A DNA stretch of 63,952 nt, filler included, from Basidiobolus meristosporus CBS 931.73 (Eukaryota > Fungi > Basidiobolomycota): NCBI GenBank assembly GCA_002104905.1. It is 3 parts of 3 records of this genome, joined end to end, with 100 filler letters (N's around TTAATTAATTAA, not from the genome) between each part and the next. Parts side by side here need not be neighbours in the genome. Positions count along the whole stretch, not along the records: positions 17,104 to 47,886 come from MCFE01000844.1; 2 more parts are not named here. One strand, written 5' to 3'. Both the position numbers and the translations under genes were made by a program. The notes under the pieces are model-generated. The model ran no database searches, was not told the origin of the DNA, and saw only the letters and a program-made list of their open reading frames with translations. Shown here one piece after another: positions 22,931-36,250 of this stretch. Position 1 is the first letter of the stretch. Every line of letters starts with the position of its first letter.

Positions 22931-23639
22931 CTTTGACAAATAAAAAAGTTTTCTCCAGACTTTTAGTCCAGATTTTTTTTAATCTATGTTTTTATTCTAA
23001 TGTCTATTTGGTTTATTTTTTTTTAACCAGTTTTAAATCATAATGCCAATTAACATTATTAACATTATAAACAACCCGTTTATAGTTATTTTAGAACTGC
23101 TTGACCCAATTGGAAATACACAACGGTTTGGTTGGGAAGCAGACAACTTTGCTTTATTTTTTGCTGGCATATATATGGAAGTAAGTCAATCCAAAGGAGA
23201 AATGGTGTTACATATACGTGTGTATGTGGTGCCACAACTTTATTAAACATACTTACTATGGCAGGTCATCATTGAATCTTACATTCATGTAGCTGAAATG
23301 TCTCATATTCAAGACTGTTTTAAATTCACATGAGTATTGGCAAAATAGTGATATAATAATGTTACATTGTTGTATGTCAGACTGTTTGCCCCATGGACAA
23401 GGCCATTTCAATTTAATACCATAAGAGAAGAGAAAAAAGACCATGTGGCTATTGTAGCAAGCCTCTCAGCCATCAAGCACGCAGGCAGCATAAGAAGTAT
23501 TACAAGGATCATGGCCAGTGTTTTGACACACAAGTCATATCTGACCACTCACTAGTCACTACTGTACCAACAATATCTTGCCTGCCACTTGATACTTCTA
23601 TAACAGCCTTTAGGCTCACCCCAGCCTTCTGAATAAGGC

Positions 23640-24975
23640 ATGCACAGTGATAGCTCTGAAGAAGCAGGCTCACTGATGAATTATGAGCCTATCTTTCCTG
23701 AAAACCATACTCTGCATGAGCCTGGCAAAATCCCATTGTGTAAAGAGACAACACCTGTGGAAAAAAATGCCAAGGATACTTTATGGAGTCAAGTGAGCCC
23801 AGTAATCAATCTACTGGTGAATGATGTAATGTTATGGCTAGAGAAGTGGCACATTTCCACCAATATCAGTAATGGGGGCTATGAGGATATACTACTACTT
23901 TTTGCCAAAATCATCCTGGGATGCAACTTACCATGTGCATGTTATAAATGGATAACAATCATGTGGCTGGCAACATATGACCCAGAGACCATCCTGATAC
24001 CAGCATGTGCTTACAGTTGTGTGGTATTCACATCAGAGAATGCCACCATTGCAAAGTGTCCAACTTGTCAGGAATCCACTACCATTGGGGGAAAACATGG
24101 TTCACATTCTGGATATTTTCCAGTAATACCCTGGATAAAGAAGCTCATGCAGACCAACAAATATTGTGAAGCTATAAAGTTCCACACTTAGTATCAATCA
24201 AGCACAAACATATCAGATTTATTTGATGGTAAACATTACAAACAGCTAAGAAGCAAGGGCTACTTCTCAAGTATGTATCACCATGCCTTTGCCTTGACAC
24301 TTGATGGAGTCTCATTAAACAAGCACTCTACCAGCATATCCTGCTGGCCACTGATTCTCATCAATGTGAATCTGCCTTCTGCCTTACAGTATCAGAGCAG
24401 AAATCTGATGGTAGTCTCACTGGTACCTGGGACTATATCACCATCCAGCCTGAATACCTACCTGTATCCATTACTGGATCTATTTTGTATACTTTCCAGC
24501 AGGTTTACTCTAAATGGTCATGATGTAAAAGTGCAAAGCATTATTTGTATTGGAGGAACCCCAGCCATTAGCAAGATAGCCAGCTTTTCTGGGCATAATG
24601 GATGGTATTGCTGTTGAATGTGTGAATCCAGGGGACTTACTCCATTACTCACACACACTATTTTTACCCAAACACCAACACTACAAACATCATCTTTCCA
24701 CAGAGCAAACATACAGAAGTCAGCAGGCAATTGCCGCAAAGTAGGCAAGCTATAAGTCACAGGTTGGAATATGGAATTAATTAGAGACCAAAGATACTTA
24801 ATAAAGAGGGAATCTGCAGGAGCAAAAGCTTTCCAATGGGAGCAATGCATTTTCTTTTCAACAATATCCCTACACTGATGACCAAGTTGTACATGGTACT
24901 TTTCAAGCTAAATGAGCCCTTTGAGATTCTGGAGAAATTTGAAAGAATTGGCAAGATATAACAGAATAGTTTTTT
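23640..24975 (+). mobile_element. Degenerate CACTA/EnSpm (Tnp2) transposase, N-terminal to central part
   Basis: AKCPTCQE; ALTLDGVSL..SISCWPLILINVNLP..QSRNLMVVSLVPG...LNTYLYPLLD; FSGHNGWYCC; multiple stops. Confidence 0.75.
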
Positions 24976-25425
24976 TTTATCCAAACTTTATGTGGAATAC
25001 CCAATGTAGTAGTGGGTAAGCAAATAAAGAGGGGTGAATCCACAGTGGAATAAGTGAACCATCAGTGGCTTGCAAATGGCTGTCTAAACACCGTCATGTT
25101 TTTGCCATATAAGGCAATTGGATATACTAGTTAATTAGATCCACTCAAATAGTTGTAATGTCCACTAATACCACAAGAATGCCATGCCATCCTATGCAAA
25201 ACAAGTGCAAACTCCATTATATTTTTTCAACTGTATATGGCTGTAAATTAGCAAAATGCTGTTGTGATCTTGTCACCAGATTGTGTAGATAGTTACCAAT
25301 TCTAAGCTGCTGGTATTATAGTGGTCTCCTGATGGGATCTTAACAGCTGATCTGGATTAGATCCATCTGCAGGACCAACATATTTTTCATAGGGAAGGTC
25401 TATCTGGTGGTGGATCTTATGTCAT

Positions 25426-28400
25426 CTAAATTTTGTCCTCAATTAGCAATAGAGTATCCCACAAGACCCTATTCTGAGTCCTTATAGTGTATCTTAAGCA
25501 GATAGCAACAGTCTCTTTTAGGTATCTAAAAATCTGCTCAACTGCTGCAATGTATTTAGATCCATAGTTCTGATTATGCTGGCTGACAACTCCTGCTGGA
25601 TATGAGATAACCAGATGAGTTCTGTGCATGATAGATATCAGACTGCAGATCACAGTTTGATAAGGAAAGTTATGGCTTTCAGATGGCACCAAGCTCTCTG
25701 GATTTGGTTGAGTTTTGACAAAGATAAGGTTTGTCTCCATTGAGGTGGCTGATGGTTTTTGGTCCTCCATTTGGTACTTCCTTTGTATATCTTGAACATA
25801 CTTGGGTTGGCCTAGAGTGATATTCTGGGTACTTCTGTCTATGGAGAACTTTAATCCTAAGTAGTAACTGAGTTCTCCCAGATTGGACATCTTGAACTCC
25901 TTAGATAGGCTGGATTTAGTCTCTTTCAATGGTTCTAGGTTATTGGTGGCTATAATAAGCTCATCCACATATAGAGCCAATAGGCCTGGATTTGCCCTAT
26001 TTGATTTAGAGTATATGCAATAGTCAGCAATACTCCTTAGGAAACTCAAAGATTTTAAATAAGTATCTATCTTACAATTCCAGGCTCTTGTTGATTGTTT
26101 GAGTTGATGTAGAGAGTTTTTAAGCTTGCCAACCCAAATTGGGGTCATCTTGATCAGCAAACTCATTGGGCTGGTCCATATACATGTCCTTAAGTAGTGA
26201 CTGAGCTCTCCTAGATTGGACATCTTGAACTCCTTAGATAGGCTGGACTTAGTTTCTTCTAATGTTTCTGGGTTATTGGCGGCTATAATAAGATCATCCA
26301 CATAAAGAGCTAATAGAACTGGATTTGCTCTATCTGGCTTATAGTATATACTATAGTCAGCATTACTTCTTTTGAAACTCAAAGATTCCAAATAGGCATC
26401 TATCCTGCAATTCCAGGCTCTTGGTGATTGTTTGAGACCATACTGTGGCTTTTTAAGCTTGCAGACCAAATGGGGGTTGTCTTGGTCAAAAAACCCATCA
26501 GGCTGGTTCATATACATGTTTGCATCAAATTCTCCATTCAAAAATGCAGTTTTTGCATCCATTTGATGAATAAAGAACGTATATTTAGCAGCAATAGCCA
26601 GTATTAATCTTATGGCATTGAACTTGGCTACTGGTGCAAAGGTCTCAGTATAGTCAAGTCTTTTTGTTTGAGAGTATCCTTTGGCTACAAGTCTTGCTTT
26701 GTATCTTTCAATTGTACTATCAGCCCTGTATTCTGTCTTGAAGACCTATCTGCATCCAATTGATTTATGGTTGATTGGTAATTTGACAAAGTCCCAAGTT
26801 TGATTTTCCATCAGGGCCTGATATTCCTCAGTCATTGCAGATCTTCAAAACTTCATCTGCAGGCTATTTAGGGCCTCTTTCACAGTCTGGGGCTCATCAA
26901 TGTGGACTGAATAGGCATAGGCTAAGTTTGTACCCTCATTAATATAGTAATTTGGGCTACCTCTTGTCCAATTGGATCTCCAGGCATATGATACTGGAAT
27001 GATCACTTCTGAGATATTGCTGGGCACTGATTCTGGCTGAACCACAGTTGTAGAGTGCTCTGGAGTGAAAAAATTTATATTGTTTTGCTCTGGTTCAAGG
27101 CTTATAATTGGTGGACTTGAGATCAGATTTTTGTCATCATCTGATGTCATATTTTGTGAAAATTTTGAATTTTTATCAAGCAGCACATCCCTGCACATGA
27201 TTAGCTTCTTTTCTGCAGTATTGTGGAGTCAGTATGCTTTAATCTCAATGCAATAACCCAAAAATATGCATTTTACACTTTTTAGCTCAAATTTTGACTG
27301 ATTTCTGGGCAGTTTCTTGGCATATACTCTACACCCAAATATTCTTAGATGATCTGCACTTGATCTGTACCCATGCCATGCTTCAAATGGAGTAGAATCA
27401 CAAAGTATTCTTTTACAATTCCTATATTTAATGTGTACAGCAGTGGCTTCTGATTCTGCCTAAAATTCATAGGATAATTTTGTTGTAAGAGTCTTGGACA
27501 TATTGTAAGTGATTAGGAGAACAAGTATATCATGAGGTTTTCACTTAAAGATTTATTGAATGTAAAAGTAGTGTTTATACTTTTACCTGGTCTTGGCATA
27601 ACAAACACATAGAATAGGGTAAGGAAGGTCCCAAGAACATATGTGCAGAGTTTGGGGCTGTTTAGACAACTTTGAGAATTTTCATGTTCTGGGTACCAGG
27701 TATTTTGGTGAAAATATTCTAAGTAAATCCTGACAAGGAATTTGGTCAGTATTTACTATAATCTGCAGGGAATGATCTAAGTGACTAAGTTAGGTGAATA
27801 TATAGGTGGAAATACAAATCTTACAACAAATTCTTGATCATGGATCATAGATCTTGCCATATCAATTATTAACCTGTTAGCACATTCTGCTACTCTATTT
27901 TACTGTGGGGAGTATGGTACAGTAGTCTCTTGCTTTATCCCATGAATTTTGCAGAAGTGGATGAAGAGTTTTGAGGTATATTCTCCGCCATTGTCAGAAC
28001 GTAGTTTCTTGATTTTTTCATCAGTTTCTCTCTTGACCATAGCTTTAAGCACTCTGAGCTTAGACAGAGCTTCTTCCTTTCTCTCCATGAAGTAGACCCA
28101 TGTGTATCTTGTATAATCATCAATAAAAGTGATCAAGTACTTCATCCCGTCTAAGGATAAATTTTGCATAGGTCCACACTGATCTGAGTGAATTAGATCT
28201 AATTTTTTCTTAGTTTTGACTAACCCAGAGCTCTTGAACAATTGTCTGGCTTGCTTTCCATATATGCAGGCTTCACAGTGCTCCAAATTAGCTGGGGGAT
28301 CAATTTTTACTCTGGAAATTAGCTGATCTTTGATCATTTTGCGCAAGTAATCATGCTCCAGAGTCAATATACCATGTTTGAGAATCATTGTCTGTAGTCA

Positions 28401-29586
28401 TACTTAGTGCAGATATGAATAGTCTATCTTCAGTTGTTGCAGCATTTCCATATTCAGGCTTTTTCTGCTGACAATATTTCTTTTTGAAGCATCAGTTGGA
28501 TGTGTGTCCTCTCTTTTTGCAATAGTTACAAAACAGGTTGTTGTTGCCATTGTAGGGTCTTGGGTGCCTCCTTTGTTGGCTATCATTGCTTATTAAAGCA
28601 CTTTCTTCTTCCTTCTTATTGGTGCTTGATTTTCTTAATTCTTCATCCAGGAGCCTTCCATATACATAATTTAAGGTCAATTCTTCAGTTCTGGACTCTA
28701 GGGCTGATACAAGGCCCTGAAGCTTGTCTATCAAGCTATTCAGGATGGTAACTATCACATCCTCATCAGTAGTTGGTGTGCCCACAGATTCCATTTCATC
28801 TACCAGCAGGGTAATTCTGTCAAGTAGATTTCTCATTTCTTCTCCTGGCAGCATCTTTGTAGTAAAGAATTCTTGTCTCAGATACATGCTCTTAGCAGCT
28901 GAACATGACTGGTAGTTTTTTTTCTAATGTCTTACAGGCATTCTTTGCTGTTTTTGCTCTTGATCATCAAATTAGCAATTTGTCCTTATCATTAAGGCAA
29001 AGGCAGTTAAAGGCACTTTGTTCTTTCTTCTGTAACTTTAAGGCTTCCTCTCCCACATTTTTAGGAGGACATTCCTCTCCCATGACAATATCCCAAAGGC
29101 CTCTTTCTTGTAGCAGCATCTTCATCTTCACCTTCCACACTTGGTAGTTAGATCCATCAAACTTTTCAACAGAGGGAAAAATTCTAGTAATAGCAGTGGT
29201 AGACATTGCAAAGTGTGACAGCTTGGGGCTCATAACCTGTTGTAAGAGTCTTTAGAGTTATTGGAAGTGATTGGGAGAACAAGTAGATTATGTGGTTTTC
29301 ACCTAAGGATTTGATGAATGTAAAAGTGGTATTTATACTTGTACATAGTCTTGGCATATCAAACATGAAGAACAGGTTAAGGAAGATCCCAAGAATATGT
29401 GTGCAAAGTTTGGGGCTGTTTGGACAACTTTGAGAATTTTCATGTTTGGATACCTGGTATGTTGGTGAAAGTATTTCAAGTAAATCCTGACAAAGAATTT
29501 GGTCAGTATTCACTTGGATTTGAAGGTAATGATCTAAGTGACTAAGTTAGGTGAATATTTAGGTGGGATTATGAGTTTTCACCACA
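25426..29586 (-). mobile_element. Ty1/Copia element, degenerate, 3'-truncated, with an internal deletion and a nested solo LTR
   Basis: 5' LTR 29238-29586, PBS GGTTATGAGCCCC, gag, integrase, RT (MDAKTAFLNG, LYVDD); no RNase H end or 3' LTR. Confidence 0.88.
27481..27828 (-). repeat. Solo Copia LTR inserted into the integrase of its own family
   Basis: 348 bp, TGTTGTAAGA...CTTACAACA; flanks AATTT/AATTC; removing the LTR and one flank restores the integrase sequence seen at about 33115-33140. Confidence 0.9.
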
Positions 29587-31311
29587 ATTGGGCTATTTCT
29601 GGTCCTTTTGGATCTCCAGGCTTGTGCTACTGGAACAATCACTTCTGGGATATCCCTGAGCACTGATTCAGGCTAAACCACAGCTGTAGAGTCCTCTGGA
29701 TTGAAATAATTTTCATTGTTTTGCTCTGATTCAATCCTGACAATTGGTGGACTTGAGATCAAAATTTTGTCATCATCTGATGTCATTTTTTGTGAAAATC
29801 TTGAATTACATCAAACAACACATCCCTGGACTTGATCAGGTTCTTTGCTTTGGCATTGTAGGGTATATATGCCTTACTCTCATTGCAGTAGCCCAAAAAT
29901 ATGCATTCAATACTTTCTAGCTCAAATATTGACTGATTTCCAGGCGGTTTCTTGGCATATGCTGTACACCCATATATTGTTAGATGTTCTGCACTAAATC
30001 TGTATCCACGCCATGCTTTAAATGGAGTAGAATCACAAAGTATGCTGTTATAACTCTTATTTCTAAGGTATACAGCTGTGGCAACTGAATCTGCCCAAAA
30101 ATCATAGGATAATTTTTGATGATGGAGCATATATCTTGCCATATCAGTAATTGATCTATGTTAACATTGTGCTACTCCATTTTTCTGTGGGGAGTATGGT
30201 AAAGTGGTCTCTTGCTTTATTGCATGAGTTTTGCTCCCTGGGCCTAGACAGAGCTTCTTTATTTCCTTCCATAATGTAGACCCTATATATCTTTTATAAT
30301 CATCAACAAAAGTGATTAAATACTTCATCCCACCTAAGGATAAATTTTGTATAGGTTTGCACAGATCTGGGTGAGTTAGATTCCATTTTTTCTTGGTTTG
30401 ATTAGCCCAGAGCTCTTGAACAGTTGTCTGTCTGATTTCCCATTTATGAAGGCTTCACAGTGCTTCAAATTAGCAGGGGATCAATGATTACTCTGGAAAC
30501 TTGCTGATCTTTTATCATTTGCTCAAATTATCAAAGCTTAGAGTTAAATCTTCAGTTCTGGACTCTAGGGCTTATACAAGGCCCTGAAGCTCATCTGTCA
30601 GGCCATTCAGGGTAGTTACTAACAAATCCTCATCAGTCATTGGTACACTCACAGATTCCATCTCATCTCCCAGCGGGGTAATTCTGTTAAGTAGATTTTT
30701 CATTTCTTCTCCTGGCAGCATCTTGGCAGTAAAGAGTTTTTGTCTAAACTACATTCTCTTGGCTGCTGTGCATGATTGATAGGTGTCTTCTAATACCTTC
30801 CAAGTATTTGTTGCTGTTTTTGCTCTTGAACACTGAATTGTTTCTAACATTAGGGCAAATGCAGTTGAAGGCACTTTGCTCTTTCTTCTAGTACTTTAAG
30901 GCTTCCTCTTCAATGCTTTTAGGAGGGCATTCTTGTTCCATGTCAATATCTCAAATGCCTCTTTGTTGTAGCAGCATTTTCATCTTCACCTTCCACACTT
31001 GGTAGTTAGATCCATCCAACTTATCAGCAGAGGGGAAAATTCCAGTAATAGTGGTGGTAGCCATTGCAGAGAGTGACAGCTTGGGGCACAAAGCCTGTTG
31101 TAAGAGTCTTTGGAGATATTGGAAGTAATTGGGAGAACAAGCTGATAATGTGGTGTTCACTTAATGATATATTGAATGTAAAAGTAGTATTTATACTTTT
31201 ACATTATCTTTGGTGGAACAAGCATGTAGAATAAACTTGGGAAGGTCCCAAGAGAATGTGTGCAAAGTTTGGGGCTGTTTGGGCAACCTTGAGAACATTT
31301 GAGTTCTGGGT
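29587..31311 (-). mobile_element. Second minus-strand Copia remnant (partial 5' LTR, gag, integrase)
   Basis: Partial LTR 31096 to about 31311, degenerate PBS, gag start ADKLDGSNYQVWK, integrase ADSVATAVYLRNKS; interrupted at 29586 by the previous element. Confidence 0.8.
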
Positions 31312-31313
31312 GC

Positions 31314-34300
31314 TGAAAAGTTGGATGGATCTAACTACCAAGTGTGGAAAGTGAAAATGAAGATGCTGCTACAAGAAAGAGGCCTTTGGGATATTGTCAT
31401 GGGAGAAGAATGCCCTCCTAAAAGCGTGGGAGAGGAAGCCTTAAAGTAACATAAGAAAGAACAAAGTGCCTTTAACTGCCTTTGCCTTAATGATAAATAC
31501 AAATTGCTAATTCAGTGCTCAAGTGCAAAAACAGCAACAAATGCTTGAAAGGTATGACAAATTGCCAATTCAATGCTCAAGAGCGAAAATGGCAAAGAAT
31601 GCCTGGAAGGCATTAGAAAAAAACTACCAGTCATGTTCAGCTGCTAAGAGCATGTATCTGAGACAAGAATTCTTTACTACAAAGATGCTGCCTGGAGAAG
31701 AAATGAAAAATCTAATTAACAGAATTACCCTGCTGGTAGATGAGATGGAATCTGTGAGCATACCAACTACTGATGAGGATGTGATAGTTACCATCCTGAA
31801 TAGCCTGACAGACAAGCTTCAGGGCCTTGTATCAGCCCTAGAGTCCAGAACTGAAGAATTGACCTTAAATTATGTATATGGAAGGCTCCTGGATGAAGGA
31901 TTAAGAGAATCAAGCACCAATAAGAAGGAAGAAGAAAATGCTTTAATAAGCAATGATAGCCAACAAAGGAGGTACCCAAGACCCTACAAAGGCAACAGCA
32001 ACCAGTTTTGCAACTACAGCAAAAGGAAAGGACACACATCGGACCAGAGTTGCAAAAAGAGAGATTATCAGCAAAAGAAGCCTGAATATGGAAATGCTGC
32101 AACAACTGAAGATAGACTATCCATATCTGCACTAAATATGACCACAAAGAAGGATTCTCAGACGTGGTATATTGACTCTGGAGCTTCTCAACACTTTACA
32201 CACCAAAAAGAACTTTTTACCAAATATAAAGAAATTCCAATTGAGGAGGTTTTCATGGGTGACAATAGAGCACTTGATGCAGTGGGAAAAAGAACTATCC
32301 AAGTAAGCCTTAGAAGCAGTGAAGGAAGCCATACACTGACCTTCAAAGAAGTACTCTATGTACTAGAAATAGCCAAGAACCTACTATATGTAAGCAAGGC
32401 CACAGCAGAAGGACTCAGTTTCAGTTTGGACAATTCTGGATGCAGGATCACTGATCAAAATGGTGCCCATATTGCTTTGGGCATCAGAGACCAGAATCTA
32501 TACAAGTTGGCTCATAATCCATCATATTTAGAAGCCAATATAAGTAACTTAAATGAATATACACTAATGCTTTGGCATAGGAGATTTGGACGTCTCAATC
32601 TTGATTATTTGCATAAAATGATCAAAGATCAGCTAATTTCTGGAGTGAAAATTGATCCCCCAGCTAATTTGGAGCACTGTGAGGCCTGCATATATGGGAA
32701 ACAAGCCAGACAACCGTTCAAGAGCTCTGAGTTAGTCAAAACTAAGAAAAAATTAGATCTAATTCACTCAGATCTGTGTGGACCTATGCAAAATTTATCC
32801 TTAGACAGGATGAAGTACTTGATCACTTTTATTGATGATTATACAAGATACACATGGGTCTACTTCATGGAGAGAAAGGAAGAAGCTCTGTCTAAGCTCA
32901 GGGAGTTTAAAGCTATGGTAGAGAGAGAAACTGATGAAAAAATCAAGAAACTACATTCTGACAATGGCGGAGAACATACCTCAAAACTCTTCATCCACTA
33001 CTGCAAAATTCATGGGATAAAGCAAGATATTACTGCACCATACACCCCACAGCAAAATGGAGTAGCAGAATGTGCTAACAGTCTAATAATTGAAATGGCA
33101 AGATCTATGATCCATGATCAAAAATTATCCTATGATTTTTGGGTGGAATCAGTTGCCACTGCTGTATACATTAAAAATAGGAGTTATAACAGAGTACTTT
33201 GTGATTCTACTCCATTTGAGGCATGGTATGGATACAGACCAAGTGCAGAACATCTAAGAATATTTGGGTGAACAGCATATGCCAAGAAACTGCCCAGAAA
33301 TCAGTCAAAATTTGAGCCAAAAAGTGTAAAATGCATATTTTTGGGCTACTGCAATGAGAGTAAGGCATACAGACTCTACAATACCAAAGCAAAGAAGCTG
33401 ATCAAGTCCAGGGATGTATTGTTTGATGAAAATTCAAAATTTTCACAAAAATGACATCAGATGATGACAAAATTTTGTTCTCTAGTCCACCAATTGTCAG
33501 GATTGTATCAGAGCAAAACAATGAAAATTATTTCAATCCAGAGGACTTTACAACCGTGGTTCAGCCAGAATCAGTGCCCAGGAATATCCCAGAAGTGATC
33601 ATTCCAGTATCAAATGCCTGGAGATCCAATTGGACAGGAAATAGCCCAAATTACTATATCAATGAGGGTACAAACTTAGCCTATGCCTATTCAGTCCATA
33701 TTGATGAGCCCCAGCCTGTAAAAGAGGCCCTAAATGGCCCTCAGACAAAGTTTTGGAGATCGGCAATGACTGAGGAATATCCGGCCCTGATGGAAAAGCA
33801 AACTTGGGACTTAGTCAAATTACCAATCAACCAAAAATCAATTGGATGCAGATGGGTCTTCAAGACAAAATACAAGGCTGATGGTACAATTGAAAGATAC
33901 AAAGCAAGACTTGTAGCCAAAGGATACTCTCAAACAAAAGGACTTGACTATACTGAGACCTTTGCACTGGTAGCCAAGTTTAATTCCATCAGATTAATAT
34001 TTGCTATTGCAGCCAAGTATAAGTTTTTAATTCATCAAATGGATGTAAAACTGCATTTTTGAATGGAGAACTTGATGAGAATGTGTATATGGACCAGCCT
34101 GATGGGTTTGCTGACCAAGATAGCTCCCATTTGGTCTGCAAGCTTAAAAAGTCACTATATGGTCTCAACCAATCACCAAGAGCCTGGAACTGCAAGATAG
34201 ATTCTTATTTGGAATCTTTGAGTTTCAAAAGGAGTAATGCTGACTATAGTATACACTATAAGCCAGACAGAGCAAATCCAGTTCTATTAGATCTATATGT

Positions 34301-35634
34301 GGATGATCTTATTATAGCTGCCAATGACCTAAAAACATTGGAAGAGACTAAATCCTGCCTATCTAAGGAGTTCAAGATGTCCGATCTAGGAGAACTTAGT
34401 TACTATGTAGGGATTAAGTTCTCCATAGACAGAAGTACCCAGACTATCACCCTAAGTCAGTCCAAGTATATTCAAGATATACTAAAGAAGTACAAAATGG
34501 AAGACTGTAAACCAGCAGCTACCCCAATGGAGACAAACCTTAACTTGGTCAAAGCTCAACCAAATCAAGGGAGCTTGGTGCCATCTGAAAGCCCTGACTT
34601 TCCTTATCAATCTATGTTTGGCAGTCTGATGTATATCATGCTTGGAACACGTCCAGATATCTCATATTCAGTGGGAGTTGTCAGCCAACATAATCAGAAC
34701 TATGGATCTGATCATATTGCAGCAGTTATTGGATTTTTAGATACCTAAAAGGAACTGCTGATATCTGCTCAAGATACACTTATAAGGATTCAGAACAGGA
34801 TCTTGTGGGATACTCTGATGCTGATTGGGGACAAAATTTAGAAGTCAGAAGATCCACCACAAAATACCCCTTTCTTTACTGTCTAGGAGCAATTTCATGG
34901 AATTCAAGAAAGCAACCAACTGTAGCACTTTCTACCACAGAGGCAGAGTACATGGCAGCCTGTGAAGCTACAAAAGAAGCAATGTGGCTAAGAAAGCTGT
35001 TTACAGATTTAGGCCAATGTCAAAAAACGCCTATTACTTTATTTCAAGATAATCAAGGATGTATACAATTAGGTAGAAATCCAATTTTTCATGCTAGAAC
35101 CAAGCACATAGATATTAGACATCATTTCATACATGAAGCTATAGAGAATAACTTAGTTAGCTTAGTTTACTGTCCTACTGATGAAATGATTGCAGACATA
35201 TTTACCAAACCATTAGCTAGAGACAAGTTTGAATATCTTAGGTCAAAATTAGGACTAGTCAGTATGAACATTTAGCTGAGTGGGAGTGTTGTAAAATTTG
35301 TATTTCCACCTAAATATTCACCTAACTTAGTCACTTAGATCATTACCTTCAGATCCTAGAGAATACTGACCAAATTTGTTGTTGGGATTTACTTAGAATA
35401 TTTTCACCAAAATACCAGGTACCCAGAACATGAAAATTAGATAAGTTGTCCAAACAGCCCCAAACCTTGCACATATGTTCTTTGGACCTTTCTTAGTCTA
35501 TTTTACATGTTTGTCATGCCAAGATCATGTAAAAGTATAAATACTACTTTTATATTCAATAAATCATCAAGTGAAAACCACATAATCTACTTGTTCTCCC
35601 AATCACTTCCAATAACTCTACGACTCTTACAACA
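31314..35634 (+). mobile_element. Ty1/Copia element lacking its 5' LTR; gag-pol with frameshifts and stops
   Basis: gag, WYIDSGAS, HSDLCGP, SDNGGE, RT (YKARLVAKGYSQ, LYVDD), RNase H (GYSDADW, EAEYMA, TKHIDIRHHF); PPT AGCTGAGTGGGAG; 3' LTR 35287-35634. Confidence 0.93.
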
Positions 35635-35639
35635 ATAAC

Positions 35640-36250
35640 ATGGAGGACATTGGACCTTGATACACCTTTTGGGAGTCTCTTACAGAGCAGATCTGTGGAG
35701 AGATAAAAAGAGTAGTCAAGTTGCAAGTACTACCATATTACAATCTCATTAAGAATATTACCTTTTGGTCCATCCTGGATATGATGAGTTGGCATATGGA
35801 AGACAGGCTAGAAGTGTTCAAAGATATGCAGTACAGATCTGCCCATGGAGACACCTATGCCTTTGGCATTAAGAAGCTAAGCAGCCCCAATGTGTGGGTA
35901 CTCAGTTAAGTAATGCAAAGTTGGGTTGGACACAGTAAGCAACAAATCATTAATAGGTCAACTGTACCAAAGTACACTAGACATCTCCTGGGCACAAGCC
36001 AATTTTACACCTTTCAATACAGAATCTCCACAAATAAGTGCCAGAGCACACCTACAAGGTGGACTAGAATCCAGCAGGGAGAAGGACTACACTGGCCAAG
36101 TACCAAGAACTATTTTGTAGATATTCAAGTGGTATACATGGCAAAAGTGGTTGCAACTAAGCATATGTTTGAAAGATATATATGCTACCAGCAATACAAG
36201 GTATATGGCACCTTTGCAAGTATCACACTGAAATGCCTTGAGTTCAGGTG
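35640..36250 (+). mobile_element. Degenerate C-terminal CACTA transposase remnant
   Basis: WESLTEQICGEIKRVVKLQVLPYYNL resembles the W-x-x-x-x-ER-x-CG...PY-x-NL segment of Tnp2 transposases. Confidence 0.5.

Noticed and set aside
23640-36250. One CACTA split by the Copia cluster
   Set aside because: The two parts do not abut the Copia block symmetrically, no TSD is visible, and each is followed by its own copy of the same downstream sequence; more likely two elements.
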